Below, piece by piece: positions 1 to 15,425 of a stretch of DNA of 64,000 nt (position 1 is its first letter; every line of letters starts with the position of its first letter). The position numbers were made by a program, and so were the translations under genes. Source of the stretch: Macrostomum hystrix. Lineage: Eukaryota > Animalia > Platyhelminthes. Location: assembly GCA_950097015.1 (NCBI GenBank), contig CATNEN010000010.1, positions 1,798,001 through 1,862,000 on the forward strand, in the 5' to 3' direction. Under the pieces are notes generated by a model. The model had not been told where the DNA came from and did no database searches. It saw nothing but the letters and a program-made list of their open reading frames with translations.

Positions 1-2302
1 TGATCAGTTGTGTACGCAGTGTGTCACATGATCAATTGTGTTTGCAGTGTGTCCCATGATCAGTTGTGTTTGCAGTGTGTCACATGATCAGTTGTGTATG
101 CAGTGTGTCACATGATCTTGGAGAGTTGTGTATGCAGTGTGTCACATGATCAGTTGTGTACGCAGTGTGTCACATGATCAGTTGTGCATGCAGTGTGTCA
201 CATGATCAGTTGTGTATGCAGTGTGTCACATGATCAGTTGTGTATGCAGTGTGTCACATGATCAGTTGTGTACGCAGTGTGTCACATGATCAGGTGTGTA
301 CGCAGTGTGTCACATGATCAGTTGTGTATGCAGTGTGTCACATGATCAGTTGTGTTTGCAGTGTGTCACATGATCAGTTGTGTATGCAGTGTGTCACATG
401 ATCAGTTGTGTTTGCAGTGTGTCACATGATCAGTTGTGTACGCAGTGTGTCACATGATCAGTTGTGTACGCAGTGTGTCACATGATCAGTTGTGTACGCA
501 GTGTGTCACATGATCAATTGTGTTTGCAGTGTGTCACATGATCAGTTGTGTACGCAGTGTGTCACATGATCAGTTGTGTACGCAGTGTGTCACATGATCA
601 GTTGTGTACGCAGTGTGTCACATGATCAATTGTGTTTGCAGTGTGTCACATGATCAGTTGTGTTTGCAGTGTGTCACATGATCAGTTGTGTACGCATTTA
701 GTCACATGATCAGTTGTGTACGCAGTGTGTCACATGATCAGTTGTGTACGCAGTGTGTCACATGATCAATTGTGTTTGCAGTGTGTCACATGATCAGTTG
801 TGTTTGCAGTGTGTCACATGATCAGTTGTGTATGCAGTGTGTCACATGATCAGTTGTGTATGCAGTGTGTCACATGATCAGGTGTGTACGCAGTGTGTCA
901 CATGATCAGTTGTGTATGCAGTGTGTCACATGATCAGTTGTGTATGCAGTGTGTCACATGATCAGTTGTGTATGCAGTGTGTCACATGATCAGGTGTGTT
1001 TGCAGTGTGTCACATGATCAGTTGTGTACGCAGTGTGTCACATGATCAGTTGTGTACGCATTTAGTCACATGATCAGTTGTGTACGCAGTGTGTCACATG
1101 ATCAGTTGTGTACGCAGTGTGTCACATGATCAGTTGTGTACGCAGTGTGTCACATGATCAGTTGTGTACGCATTTAGTCACATGATCAGTTGTGTACGCA
1201 GTGTGTCACATGATCAATTGTCTTTGCAGTGTGTCACATGATCAGGTGTGTACGCAGTGTGTCACATGATCAGTTGTGTACGCAGTGTGTCACATGATCA
1301 GTTGTGTACGCAGTGTGTCACATGATCAATTGTGTTTGCAGTGTGTCACATGATCAGTTGTGTTTGCAGTGTGTCACATGATCAGTTGTGTACGCATTTA
1401 GTCACATGATCAGTTGTGTACGCAGTGTGTCACATGATCAGTTGTGTACGCAGTGTGTCACATGATCAATTGTGTTTGCAGTGTGTCACATGATCAGTTG
1501 TGTTTGCAGTGTGTCACATGATCAGTTGTGTATGCAGTGTGTCACATGATCAGTTGTGTATGCAGTGTGTCACATGATCAGGTGTGTACGCAGTGTGTCA
1601 CATGATCAGTTGTGTATGCAGTGTGTCACATGATCAGTTGTGTATGCAGTGTGTCACATGATCAGTTGTGTATGCAGTGTGTCACATGATCAGGTGTGTT
1701 TGCAGTGTGTCACATGATCAGTTGTGTACGCAGTGTGTCACATGATCAGTTGTGTACGCATTTAGTCACATGATCAGTTGTGTACGCAGTGTGTCACATG
1801 ATCAGTTGTGTACGCAGTGTGTCACATGATCAGTTGTGTACGCAGTGTGTCACATGATCAGTTGTGTACGCATTTAGTCACATGATCAGTTGTGTACGCA
1901 GTGTGTCACATGATCAATTGTGTTTGCAGTGTGTCACATGATCAGGTGTGTACGCAGTGTGTCACATGATCAGTTGTGTACGCATTTAGTCACATGATCA
2001 GTTGTGTACGCAGTGTGTCACATGATCAGTTGTGTACGCATTTAGTCACATGATCAGTTGTGTACGCAGTGTGTCACATGATCAGTTGTGTACGCAGTGT
2101 GTCACATGATCAGTTGTGTACGCAGTGTGTCACATGATCAGTTGTGTACGCATTTAGTCACATGATCAGTTGTGTACGCAGTGTGTCACATGATCAATTG
2201 TGTTTGCAGTGTGTCACATGATCAGGTGTGTACGCAGTGTGTCACATGATCAGTTGTGTACGCATTTAGTCACATGATCAGTTGTGTACGCAGTATCACA
2301 TG
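1..2302. repeat. 28-bp tandem minisatellite (TGATCAGTTGTGTACGCAGTGTGTCACA), about 82 copies, runs off the left edge
   Basis: Phase recurs every 420 bp (CATGATCA at 481, 901, 1321, 1741, 2161 = 15 x 28). The variant CATTTAGT recurs at a 700-bp offset (~695/1395, 1059/1759, 1171/1871). Confidence 0.97.
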
Positions 2303-2310
2303 AAGCTTAC

Positions 2311-2426
2311 GCCAATAATAGCTTAGCGTTGCTTCTTGAACTCGTTTCTTCCTGAACCTCCAGAACCTCGAGCTTGGCACACCTGGAAGAGCGATTCCAT
2401 GTTGAGTTGTTGGTCCGTAAAAACAT
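2311..2426 (-). other. Candidate first coding exon of a gene continuing beyond the left edge (MFLRTNNSTWNRSSRCAKLEVLEVQEETSSRSNAKLLL...)
   Basis: ATG at 2426, open frame to a strong GTAAGC donor at 2310, X-box 74 bp upstream. No homology recognised; it could be a UTR exon or chance. Confidence 0.25.
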
Positions 2427-2499
2427 TCTCAGATGACAATCCACACAGAGCCTACCACAGGGACAACAAAAAATAATCTACCTCGATGCGTCACCAGTA

Positions 2500-2513
2500 G
2501 TTTCCATGACAAC
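2500..2513. promoter_or_regulatory. RFX X-box (GTTTCCATGACAAC)
   Basis: 14-bp near-palindrome matching the X-box consensus GTYNCYATRGNAAC with one mismatch, in unique sequence between two arrays. Confidence 0.5.
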
Positions 2514-2832
2514 CGCTGAGACGGCGAACTGTTGTCGGCAGTTGGGGCAGAACACCTGGCCCCGTAGCTCCCCGGCAGCCGCTGCTCCCTGCATTGGCAT
2601 TTCCCTTTGAATAATTTTCAGTTTATTTGTAAAACTCAGTCCAGCAATGAGATTCTGTTATAGTTAGAATTGTAGCTAAAATATTTAGCGGACTGTTATA
2701 AATGGTCTACAGGCCTGGCACGTACAGAGCAGTGCAATCAGCGAAGCGGTGAAAATCTATGCCATAAATCCCCCGGCAGCAGCTGCGCCCACTTTCCTAG
2801 AAACTCCTGCTGGCCTTGCTGTTTCCCACCCT

Positions 2833-3112
2833 GGAATGAAATGGAATGAAATGGAATGAAATGGAATGAAATGGAATGAAATGGAATGAAATGGAATGAA
2901 ATGGAATGAAATGGAATGAAATGGAATGAAATGGAATGAAATGGAATGAAATGGAATGAAATGGAATGAAATGGAATGAAATGGAATGAAATGGAATGAA
3001 ATGGAATGAAATGGAATGAAATGGAATGAAATGGAATGAAATGGAATGAAATGGAATGAAATGGAATGAAATGGAATGAAATGGAATGAAATGGAATGAA
3101 ATGGAATGAAAT
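2833..3112. repeat. Perfect (GGAATGAAAT)28 satellite
   Basis: 280 bp of uninterrupted 10-bp units, each a dimer of GGAAT/GAAAT pentamers. Confidence 0.98.
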
Positions 3113-3626
3113 AGCTCGTAGAATGGACAAGACAAACAAGAACTTTGTCGTAAATTTTTAGATTTAACAACACAACAAGATTAAATGAATTTTCATAATT
3201 CATCTTGATACCGTTGAATTTAGAATAATGATTAAGAAGCATGCAAATGTTATATTTCAGCCAAAAAAAATAATTTCTATAAAAATATGGCTACTCAGCT
3301 TTTGCAATCACAGCAATCACAGCATCCATTCTCAAGGCATGTTAGCAACCAGTCAAGAGAACTATTCTGCCATGCGTGACCACCAAGCAAGGTTGAATTT
3401 ACAAGCTAGGAATCTATCAGATATTCTAGTTTCATTAATTTAAACTGCAGGCAACGGAAATCGATTTGCGTTGCCGTAGCGTGTCTGAATCTCTTTCACG
3501 CGAGTGCCTGAGCTCGAATCCGCGGTGAGCCCGCATTGGCTCGGGGCTTGTCATGCAATTTATACCCGCAAGGGCCAAGGCACAGTGCTAGCGTGCTGTG
3601 CGCTGTGTGACCACCCAACCATTTTT

Positions 3627-3639
3627 GTCACCAGGCAAC
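3627..3639. promoter_or_regulatory. Possible 13-bp RFX X-box (GTCACCAGGCAAC)
   Basis: Matches GTNRCC-N(0-3)-RGYAAC; about 490 bp upstream of the globin ATG. Motif only. Confidence 0.25.
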
Positions 3640-4132
3640 CCCAACGAGAATCGTTGAATATCTTGGCGATGCTGGTGGGTTTATTATTACCCACCTAGAC
3701 TATACTAATGATAATTGGTATTGCGTCAATCCTAAATTTGCAGGTACAAAATACGGCTCGTAATAAAAGAAAGTCTGCCATCCATTCTTAAAATCTTTCT
3801 TTCGCCAGCTATTTTTCCGAGCAAATTATTTTCAGAAGCCCACTTCCCCAGTTTATCAGCGAGATGTCTTTTTAAATGCCAAATTTGATGGCAAAACCCA
3901 GGTAAATAGGGATTAAAAATATTCGCGTGCACCAAAAAATCGAGCAAAATCAAGCAAGACGTGCAAGAAAAACAATAAAAAGCTGGGGAACTGAGTTCAG
4001 ATCAAATCAGGCAGCCAATAACTCCCAGCCAATCATGTGCGACTGCACTGGGGAACATTTCAGCTGGAGAAAACTCGGCTGACACAGCAACTCTGACATT
4101 GAGACCATCTCAACAGCGACTCAACTGAGAAC

Positions 4133-4714
4133 ATGGGCTGCTCAGCCTCCGTAGCTTCATCTGGCACGGTGAAGACTTCATCAATGAACTATCAGCCGCA
4201 GCATCCGGACTCGGCATTTTCCCGCTGCCCGATCTCAGAGCCCGCCGACCTAGAGAGGCTGCGCACCACCTGGGCGACGGTGCAGGATCAGGTGAGGCAG
4301 GCGGGCGTGCGGATGTTCCTGCTGCTGTTCCAGCAGCGCCCCCTGCTGCTCAAGGTATTCCGCAACTTCAGCAGCAGCCTGGTGAGCCCCGGCGGCCTAA
4401 GCAACGGCGGCTGCCTGACTGCCGACAATCCAGACCTTCAACGCCACGCGACCACCGTCATGACACTACTGGACGAGGCCATCTGCGGCCTCCACAAACC
4501 GGAGGCGGTCGCCCGCCGGCTGCACCACACGGGCCGAACTCACCGCCTCTTTCTGGACTTCGAGGCCGAGCATTTCTGGCTGATGCGCGAGCCGTTTCTG
4601 GCGGCCGTCGCCGACCACCTGGGCGAGGAGAAATACGCGGCGGTGCGACACCTGTACGAGGCAACGATTGACTGGATACTCAGGGAGCTTTTCGCGGGCT
4701 ATCAGAGCTTCTGA
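4133..4714 (+). CDS. Globin X-like / neuroglobin-family globin with N-terminal acylation motif, 193 aa, intronless
   Basis: MGCSAS N-terminus (Gly2/Ser6 myristoylation pattern, Cys3 palmitoylation). Globin landmarks: A-helix LRTTW, B-helix GVRMFLLLF, C-helix Pro, CD1 Phe (KVF), distal E7 His (LQRHATTVM), proximal F8 His (GRTH), G-helix FWLMREPFL. GC-rich ORF from ATG to TGA. Confidence 0.9.
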   Translation: MGCSASVASSGTVKTSSMNYQPQHPDSAFSRCPISEPADLERLRTTWATVQDQVRQAGVRMFLLLFQQRPLLLKVFRNFSSSLVSPGGLSNGGCLTADNPDLQRHATTVMTLLDEAICGLHKPEAVARRLHHTGRTHRLFLDFEAEHFWLMREPFLAAVADHLGEEKYAAVRHLYEATIDWILRELFAGYQSF

Positions 4715-4862
4715 CTGCCAGGCCCATTCCTCTGCCAGCGCATCCAGCAATGCACGCCCAAGACTGTCAAGCATCGGTTTAACTGGTGTGCGTTTTCCAC
4801 TTTCAACAGGTTCAGTCAATTGTGACTCCACATTGACCCCTCTATGGGTTGCTCACTTAGCA

Positions 4863-5499
4863 ACTCTCCTTTGGTAATTCAGTGTGTTGGTCACTCTCCC
4901 TTGCTCCTTCTGTTGGTTGGTCACTCCCCTTCCGTATGTTGGTCACTCTCCCTTGGTAGTTCAGTGTGTTGGTCACTCTCCCTTGGTAGTTCAGTGTGTT
5001 GATCACTCTCCCTTGGTAGTTCAGTGTGTTGGTCACTCTCCCTTGGTAGTTCAGTGTGTTGGTCACTCTCCCTTGCTCCTTCTGTTGGTTGGTCACTCCC
5101 CTTCCGTATGTTGGTCACTCTCCCTTGGTAGTTCAGTATGTTGGTCACTCTCCCTTGGTAGTTCAGTGTGTTGGTCACTCTCCCTTGGTAGTTCAGTGTG
5201 TTGGTCACTCTCCCTTGGTAGTTCAGTGTGTTGGTCACTCTCCCTTGCTCCTTCTGTTGGTTGGTCACTCCCCTTCCGTATGTTGGTCACTCTCCCTTGG
5301 TAGTTCAGTGTGTTGGTCACTCTCCCTTGGTAGTTCAGTGTGTTGGTCACTCTCCCTTGGTAGTTCAGTATGTTGGTCACTCTCCCTTGGTAGTTCAGTG
5401 TGTTGGTCACTCTCCCTTGGTAGTTCAGTGTGTTGGTCACTCTCCCTTGGTAGTTCAGTGTGTTGGTCACTCTCCCTTGGTAGTTCAGTGTGTTGGTCA
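4863..5499. repeat. 30-bp minisatellite (GGTAGTTCAGTGTGTTGGTCACTCTCCCTT) with a 172-bp higher-order unit
   Basis: 10-aa periodicity in translation. A ~52-bp variant block recurs at 4884, 5056 and 5228. Confidence 0.95.
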
Positions 5500-5950
5500 A
5501 TCTACGTTTGTACTCTTGTGCTAATCGCATATTCAGTATTCTGTAAAAGTCCGCTTCTTCTGAAGAAGCCGACTTCACTAGATCAGATCAGTGGAGACCT
5601 GCCCTCTCAACAAATTGCTCTGCATGGGCCTGAGCTGCTCGGCAGTCGGTCCAAGTCTATATTTAAGCATCTCTTTGTGCTCAGACGAATCCATAGTCAC
5701 ATATTTTTACAAAGAATCTGGCTGAATTTGGGAATTCAAAGTCCCCCCGACTCACTAAAGAGCTCAGAGCAGAGCAGATTCAGTCTGGGAGTTCAAGAGA
5801 ACATTGTCTGCCATGATTTTTTAGCACAGGAATAAATTCAGCTTCTTGCCTAAGAATCAAATTGATTTGTTCGATAAACGCTGTGAAGATGGCGATTGTG
5901 GAATAAGATTATGAAGAGAGACTAGAAAATTACAGAAGATCGGCAATGAG

Positions 5951-6447
5951 GTAGAGAGAACAGGGTAGAGATAACAGGGTAGAGATAACAGGGTAGAGAT
6001 AACAGGGTAGAGATAACAGGGTAGAGATAACAGGGTAGAGATAACAGGGTAGAGATAACAGGGTAGAGATAACAGGGTAGAGATAACAGGGTAGAGATAA
6101 CAGGGTAGAGATAACAGGGTAGAGATAACAGGGTAGAGATAACAGGGTAGAGATAACAGGGTAGAGATAACAGGGTAGAGATAACAGGGTAGAGATAACA
6201 GGGTAGAGATAACAGGGTAGAGATAACAGGGTAGAGATAACAGGGTAGAGATAACAGGGTAGAGATAACGGGGTAGAGATAACAGGGTAGAGATAACGGG
6301 GTAGAGATAACAGGGTAGAGATAACAGGGTAGAGATAACGGGGTAGAGATAACAGGGTAGAGATAACGGGGTAGAGATAACAGGGTAGAGATAACAGGGT
6401 AGAGATAACGGGGTAGAGATAACAGGGTAGAGATAACAGGGTAGAGA
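5951..6447. repeat. 14-bp minisatellite (AGAGATAACAGGGT), about 35 copies
   Basis: Direct inspection; occasional CAGGG>CGGGG variants. Confidence 0.97.
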
Positions 6448-6885
6448 GTCGTAGGTAGTCCAAGAATGGAGATAGAAATGAAGGATATAATGGGAGAGAT
6501 CGGAGGAGAAATATTAACCGTATTATTCCAGGTGTTACAAAATTGAGTGGCTTCATTGTCTCTTTTGACTTGTCTCTTTTGCAAGCAAATACCTAAGGTA
6601 GTCTCTATTTTTAAACCCTAAAAGTTTTCTGCTATAAGGTAGTGAGAATACACTGCACAAATGGTCCAGATTTTATCTAGTACTTTTGCGACAAATATAA
6701 CTTTAATGTTTGTTTATTTTTTCTATCTGCTGTCAGACTTTCTGTGTAAGCCAAAACTAAGCCAAAGCCAAGACTATGAGTAGACTATGGGGAGACTATG
6801 AGGAGAATATAAGGAGAATATGAGGAGACTACGGGGAAGCTATGAGGAGATTATGTGGTGACTATGAGGAGATGAGCTGAGACAA

Positions 6886-7807
6886 GAGGGTAGAGGGACC
6901 AGAGAGTAGAGGGACCAGAGAGTAGAGGGACCAGAGAGTAGAGGGACCAGAGAGTATGGGGACCAGAGAGTAGAGGGACCAGAGAGTATGGGGACCAGAG
7001 AGTAGAGGGACCAGAGGGCAGAGGAACCAGAGGGTAGAGGGACCAGAGAGTAGAGGGACCAGAGAGTAGAGGGACCAGAGAGTAGAGGGACCAGAGAGTA
7101 TGGGGACCAGAGAGTAGAGGGACCAGAGAGTAGAGGGACCAGAGAGTATGGGGACCAGAGAGTAGAGGGACCAGAGAGTATGGGGACCAGAGGGTAGAGG
7201 GACCAGAGGGTAGAGGGACCAGAGAGTAGAGGGACCAGAGAGTAGAGGGACCAGAGAGTAGAGGGACCAGAGAGTAGAGGGACCAGAGAGTAGAGGGACC
7301 AGAGAGTATGGGGACCAGAGAGTATGGGGACCAGAGGGTAGAGGGACCAGAGAGTAGAGGGACCAGAGAGTATGGGGACCAGAGAGTATGGGGACCAGAG
7401 AGTATGGGGACCAGAGAGTATGGGGACCAGAGGGTAGAGGGACCAGAGAGTAGAGGGACCAGAGAGTATGGGGACCAGAGAGTATGGGGACCAGAGAGTA
7501 TGGGGACCAGAGAGTATGGGGACCAGAGGGTAGAGGGACCAGAGAGTAGAGGGACCAGAGAGTATGGGGACCAGAGAGTATGGGGACCAGAGAGTAGAGG
7601 GACCAGAGAGTATGGGGACCAGAGAGTAGAGGGACCAGAGGGTAGAGGGACCAGAGAGTAGAGGGACCAGAGAGTATGGGGACCAGAGAGTATGGGGACC
7701 AGAGAGTATGGGGACCAGAGAGTATGGGGACCAGAGAGTATGGGGACCAGAGAGTATGGGGACCAGAGAGTATGGGGACCAGAGAGTATGGGGACCAGAG
7801 GGTAGAG
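6886..7807. repeat. 16-bp minisatellite (GGGACCAGAGAGTAGA / ...GTATG variants), about 57 copies
   Basis: 16-aa (3 x 16 bp) periodicity in the ORF track; three interleaved variants. Confidence 0.97.
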
Positions 7808-8208
7808 AGACAACAGGAAAGATGCCAGGGAATGCAGGTCAGGTCAGGTCAAGTGAAATCGGCAGGTTTCAGCTATGAGCAAAGCGAATCCTGAGGGCAG
7901 CTGAATAGCTTGAAGAGAGCTGCTGATGGAGGTCCTGTGAACTCTACTGAGGGGCTTCAGGCCCACCTGCCATGGCAGCTATCTGAGTGCTCGCAATTAT
8001 GTAATTAACCCCACCCCCTCCCCTGCTCCCTGCCCGATCCCAGCAGCTGCAGTTGCTCAGCTTATTACAGGCTCCGCACCTTCATCTGGCAGATCTGCGC
8101 AGCGGCATGGATGGCCAGATGGGCCGCCTAGATTTATGTCTTCTCTTTGTAATCTGTCTGAAAGAACTTTATCTGGAGTCTGAGCGACCCGACTGCCTCC
8201 GCGATCAA

Positions 8209-13080
<4,872 letters not shown>

Positions 13081-13200
13081 GCTATCATACATTATAGTCA
13101 TCATATAACAATTAAATTGCACTACTCAGGGTAAGTAGTGATAACGTCACATCTTGATAGTCAGGAGCGAATCGCGAAAATTCCTTCTTTTCTAAAAGAC

Positions 13201-13314
13201 CCAAAACCTCAGGTGTTGCAGCTACACTCGTGGCCTGAAGAGCCTAGACTGTCACTCCAAAACCTCAGGTGTTGCAGCTACACTCGTGGCCTGAAGAGCC
13301 TAGACTGTCACTCC
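13201..13314 (+). repeat. Exact 56-bp tandem duplication abutting the inverted-repeat arm
   Basis: CCAAAACCTCAGGTGTTGCAGCTACACTCGTGGCCTGAAGAGCCTAGACTGTCACT at 13201-13256 and 13257-13312; the following CC is shared with the arm start. Confidence 0.95.
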
Positions 13315-14180
13315 GCTGGTGCAAAGTCTCCACGCAGTGCCTCAATGAGAGCACTGCTCACACGTGCTGGCAGCTGCCGAGTCTGATCCCCTGTATGCTC
13401 AAGTCCAGCGACCTACCAGGCGATCTGGTCGCGCAGTGGAGCGAGCGGACCGGAGCCTGCTGCCTCTTCCGCTACCAGACGGTCTGTCGCGACATTCGAG
13501 CCGAGTCCCCGAGCACCAGTTCCTGCAGCGTGTTCCGCACCTCCTCGCTGACGAGCTGCTCCGAGTCGCTCGCTCAGCAGTTCGTCGGTGTGTGGCTGGC
13601 AGGAGGTCCCAGGAGGTTCGACAACTTGGTGTGTCAGGTCGAGCCCAGCAACTACCGACTGAGCAGCCAAAATGTGGCCTGGGCTCAGGACGGAGCCGCA
13701 TTCGACGGCTCAACTTCGTACGCGCTGATCGACGATGTGGGCAAGGTCGTGAACGGCGTCAGCTTCACCTGGCTGATGAGGCTGAGGAGGCTGCCCCGAG
13801 TACAGCCATTTTTAGACACCGCCCTGTGCAGCAATTTGTCATCCTTTGGCCCTCATATGTGGGAGAACAGTGCGCCGAACAGCCTATACTATCATGTGCC
13901 TGACACTATATCGAAGCCCAACGTTATTCCTGCCAACTCCGATGCCTGGGTAAACATTGGTCTGAGCAGGGCTGCATCCGGCAGCTGCGGCCTGTACTGC
14001 AACGGCAACTTTGTTGCAAAAATGCAAGGCACGAGTTTTCAGCCCAGGCCCTGCTATGTGATATACATTGGCTACAGATACTCAACAAAACAGTTCCTGA
14101 ATGGCAGCTCTCGCCATTGCCAAGGGCTCAATGACAGACCGCGAGATGGACCAATTCTTCTCAGCACTGCCGTGAGTTGA
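13313..14180 (+). pseudogene. 5'-truncated, frameshifted paralog of the secreted Cys-rich/LamG-like gene
   Basis: No ATG or signal peptide; homology starts at RWCKV. After FLNG (~14105) the homologous tail AALAIAKGSMTDREMDQFFSALP* is in another frame (stop 14173-14175), matching SALALANSSMTEQDIRKFISALP* of the intact copy. Confidence 0.75.
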
Positions 14181-15425
14181 CGATTGCACCGTATGGAATG
14201 ATTGCATAAGCAATGCCAGCGCCGTGATCAGAGAAAGGTCTGTGATTTCTGCCTACTTAATCAACATAATCTTCTTAAAACGTGAAATTACAGGTCATAC
14301 ATCAAGATCTATTGACGCAACCATTGTTTTTTCAAAAGGTGCCTCACAATTTAGAGATTTTGAATGTTTAATTCAATAATTCAATCACCTTTATGCTACA
14401 GAATTCTAAATACACGAACTATCGGTGAAACGCTGTGAGATACGAGTACAGGACTCATGCTTTTAGAGCAGAAAGTTAACATTTGGCGTTCGTTACAACG
14501 GCATCTCAACTTTCTAGTATGCTCAAACCACGCAGCGAAAGTTTAGGGCAGGGCTGAGATGAACTTGCGAATGTCCTGCTCCGTCATGGAGCTGTTGGCC
14601 AACGCCAAGGCGCTGATTGTGCCTTGGAAAAAGCTCGAAGAACTTATTCTGCGACCCACTTGAAGAGTGAAGCAAACTGTTTGCGCGAAGCTGTCAGCTG
14701 GGATGGTTGCCACGAAGGACCCGTTGAAGTACGCTATGAGGCTTGGTGACGCTGACCGAGCGATGCCGATGTCAATCCAGGTGTTCGCGTTGTTTGGAAG
14801 TATCTCAGGTGTAATGATGGCTGTTGTTCCAGGCATGAAGAAGTTCAGCTTGTTCGGAGCGTCATGCTCCCAAAACGCAGGACCAAGGTTAATAGAAGCC
14901 AGGTTGCTGCATTCGACCGTGTCCATCAGCGGTTGAGTTTGAGGCAGCCTCTTCAGCCTCATCAGCCAGGTGAAGCTGCCGCCGTTCACGACCTTGCTCG
15001 CATCGTCGATTAGCGCGTACGAAGTTAAGCCGTCGAATGCGGCTCCGTCCTGAGCCCAGGCCACATTTTGGCTGCTCAGTCGGTAGTTGCTGGGCTCGAC
15101 CTGACACACCAAGTTGTCGAACCTCCTGGGACCTCCTGCCAGCCACACACCGACGAACTGCTGAGCGAGCGACTCGGAGCAGCTCGTCAGCGAGGAGGTG
15201 CGGAACACGCTGCAGGAACTGGTGCTCGGTGACTCGGCTCGAATGTCGCGACAGACCGTCTGGTAGCGGAAGAGGCAGCAGGCTCCGGTCCGCTCGCTCC
15301 ACTGCGCGACCAGATCGCCTGGTAGGTCGCTGGACTTGAGCATACAGGGGATCAGACTCGGCAGCTGCCAGCACGTGTGAGCAGTGCTCTCATTGAGGCA
15401 CTGCGTGGAGACTTTGCACCAGCGG
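13313..15425. repeat. 483-bp inverted repeat (arms 13313-13795 and 14943-15425, 1147-bp spacer)
   Basis: Arm coordinates sum to 28738 at both ends. About 7 mismatches by eye: one at 13508, the rest in the innermost ~90 bp. Confidence 0.95.

Noticed and set aside
5500-5840. Short coding-looking minus-strand frames (MDSSEHKEMLKY..., VKSASSEEADFY...)
   Set aside because: Interrupted by stops, weak splice sites, no family recognised; cannot be supported without a search.
2738-7894. ORFs over the 10-, 30-, 14- and 16-bp arrays
   Set aside because: Repeat-derived; open in several frames at once.
13364-15374. Alternative-frame and antisense ORFs over the LamG copies, and similar ones over TTLL3, globin and EF-hand exons
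   Set aside because: Shadows of GC-rich coding sequence.
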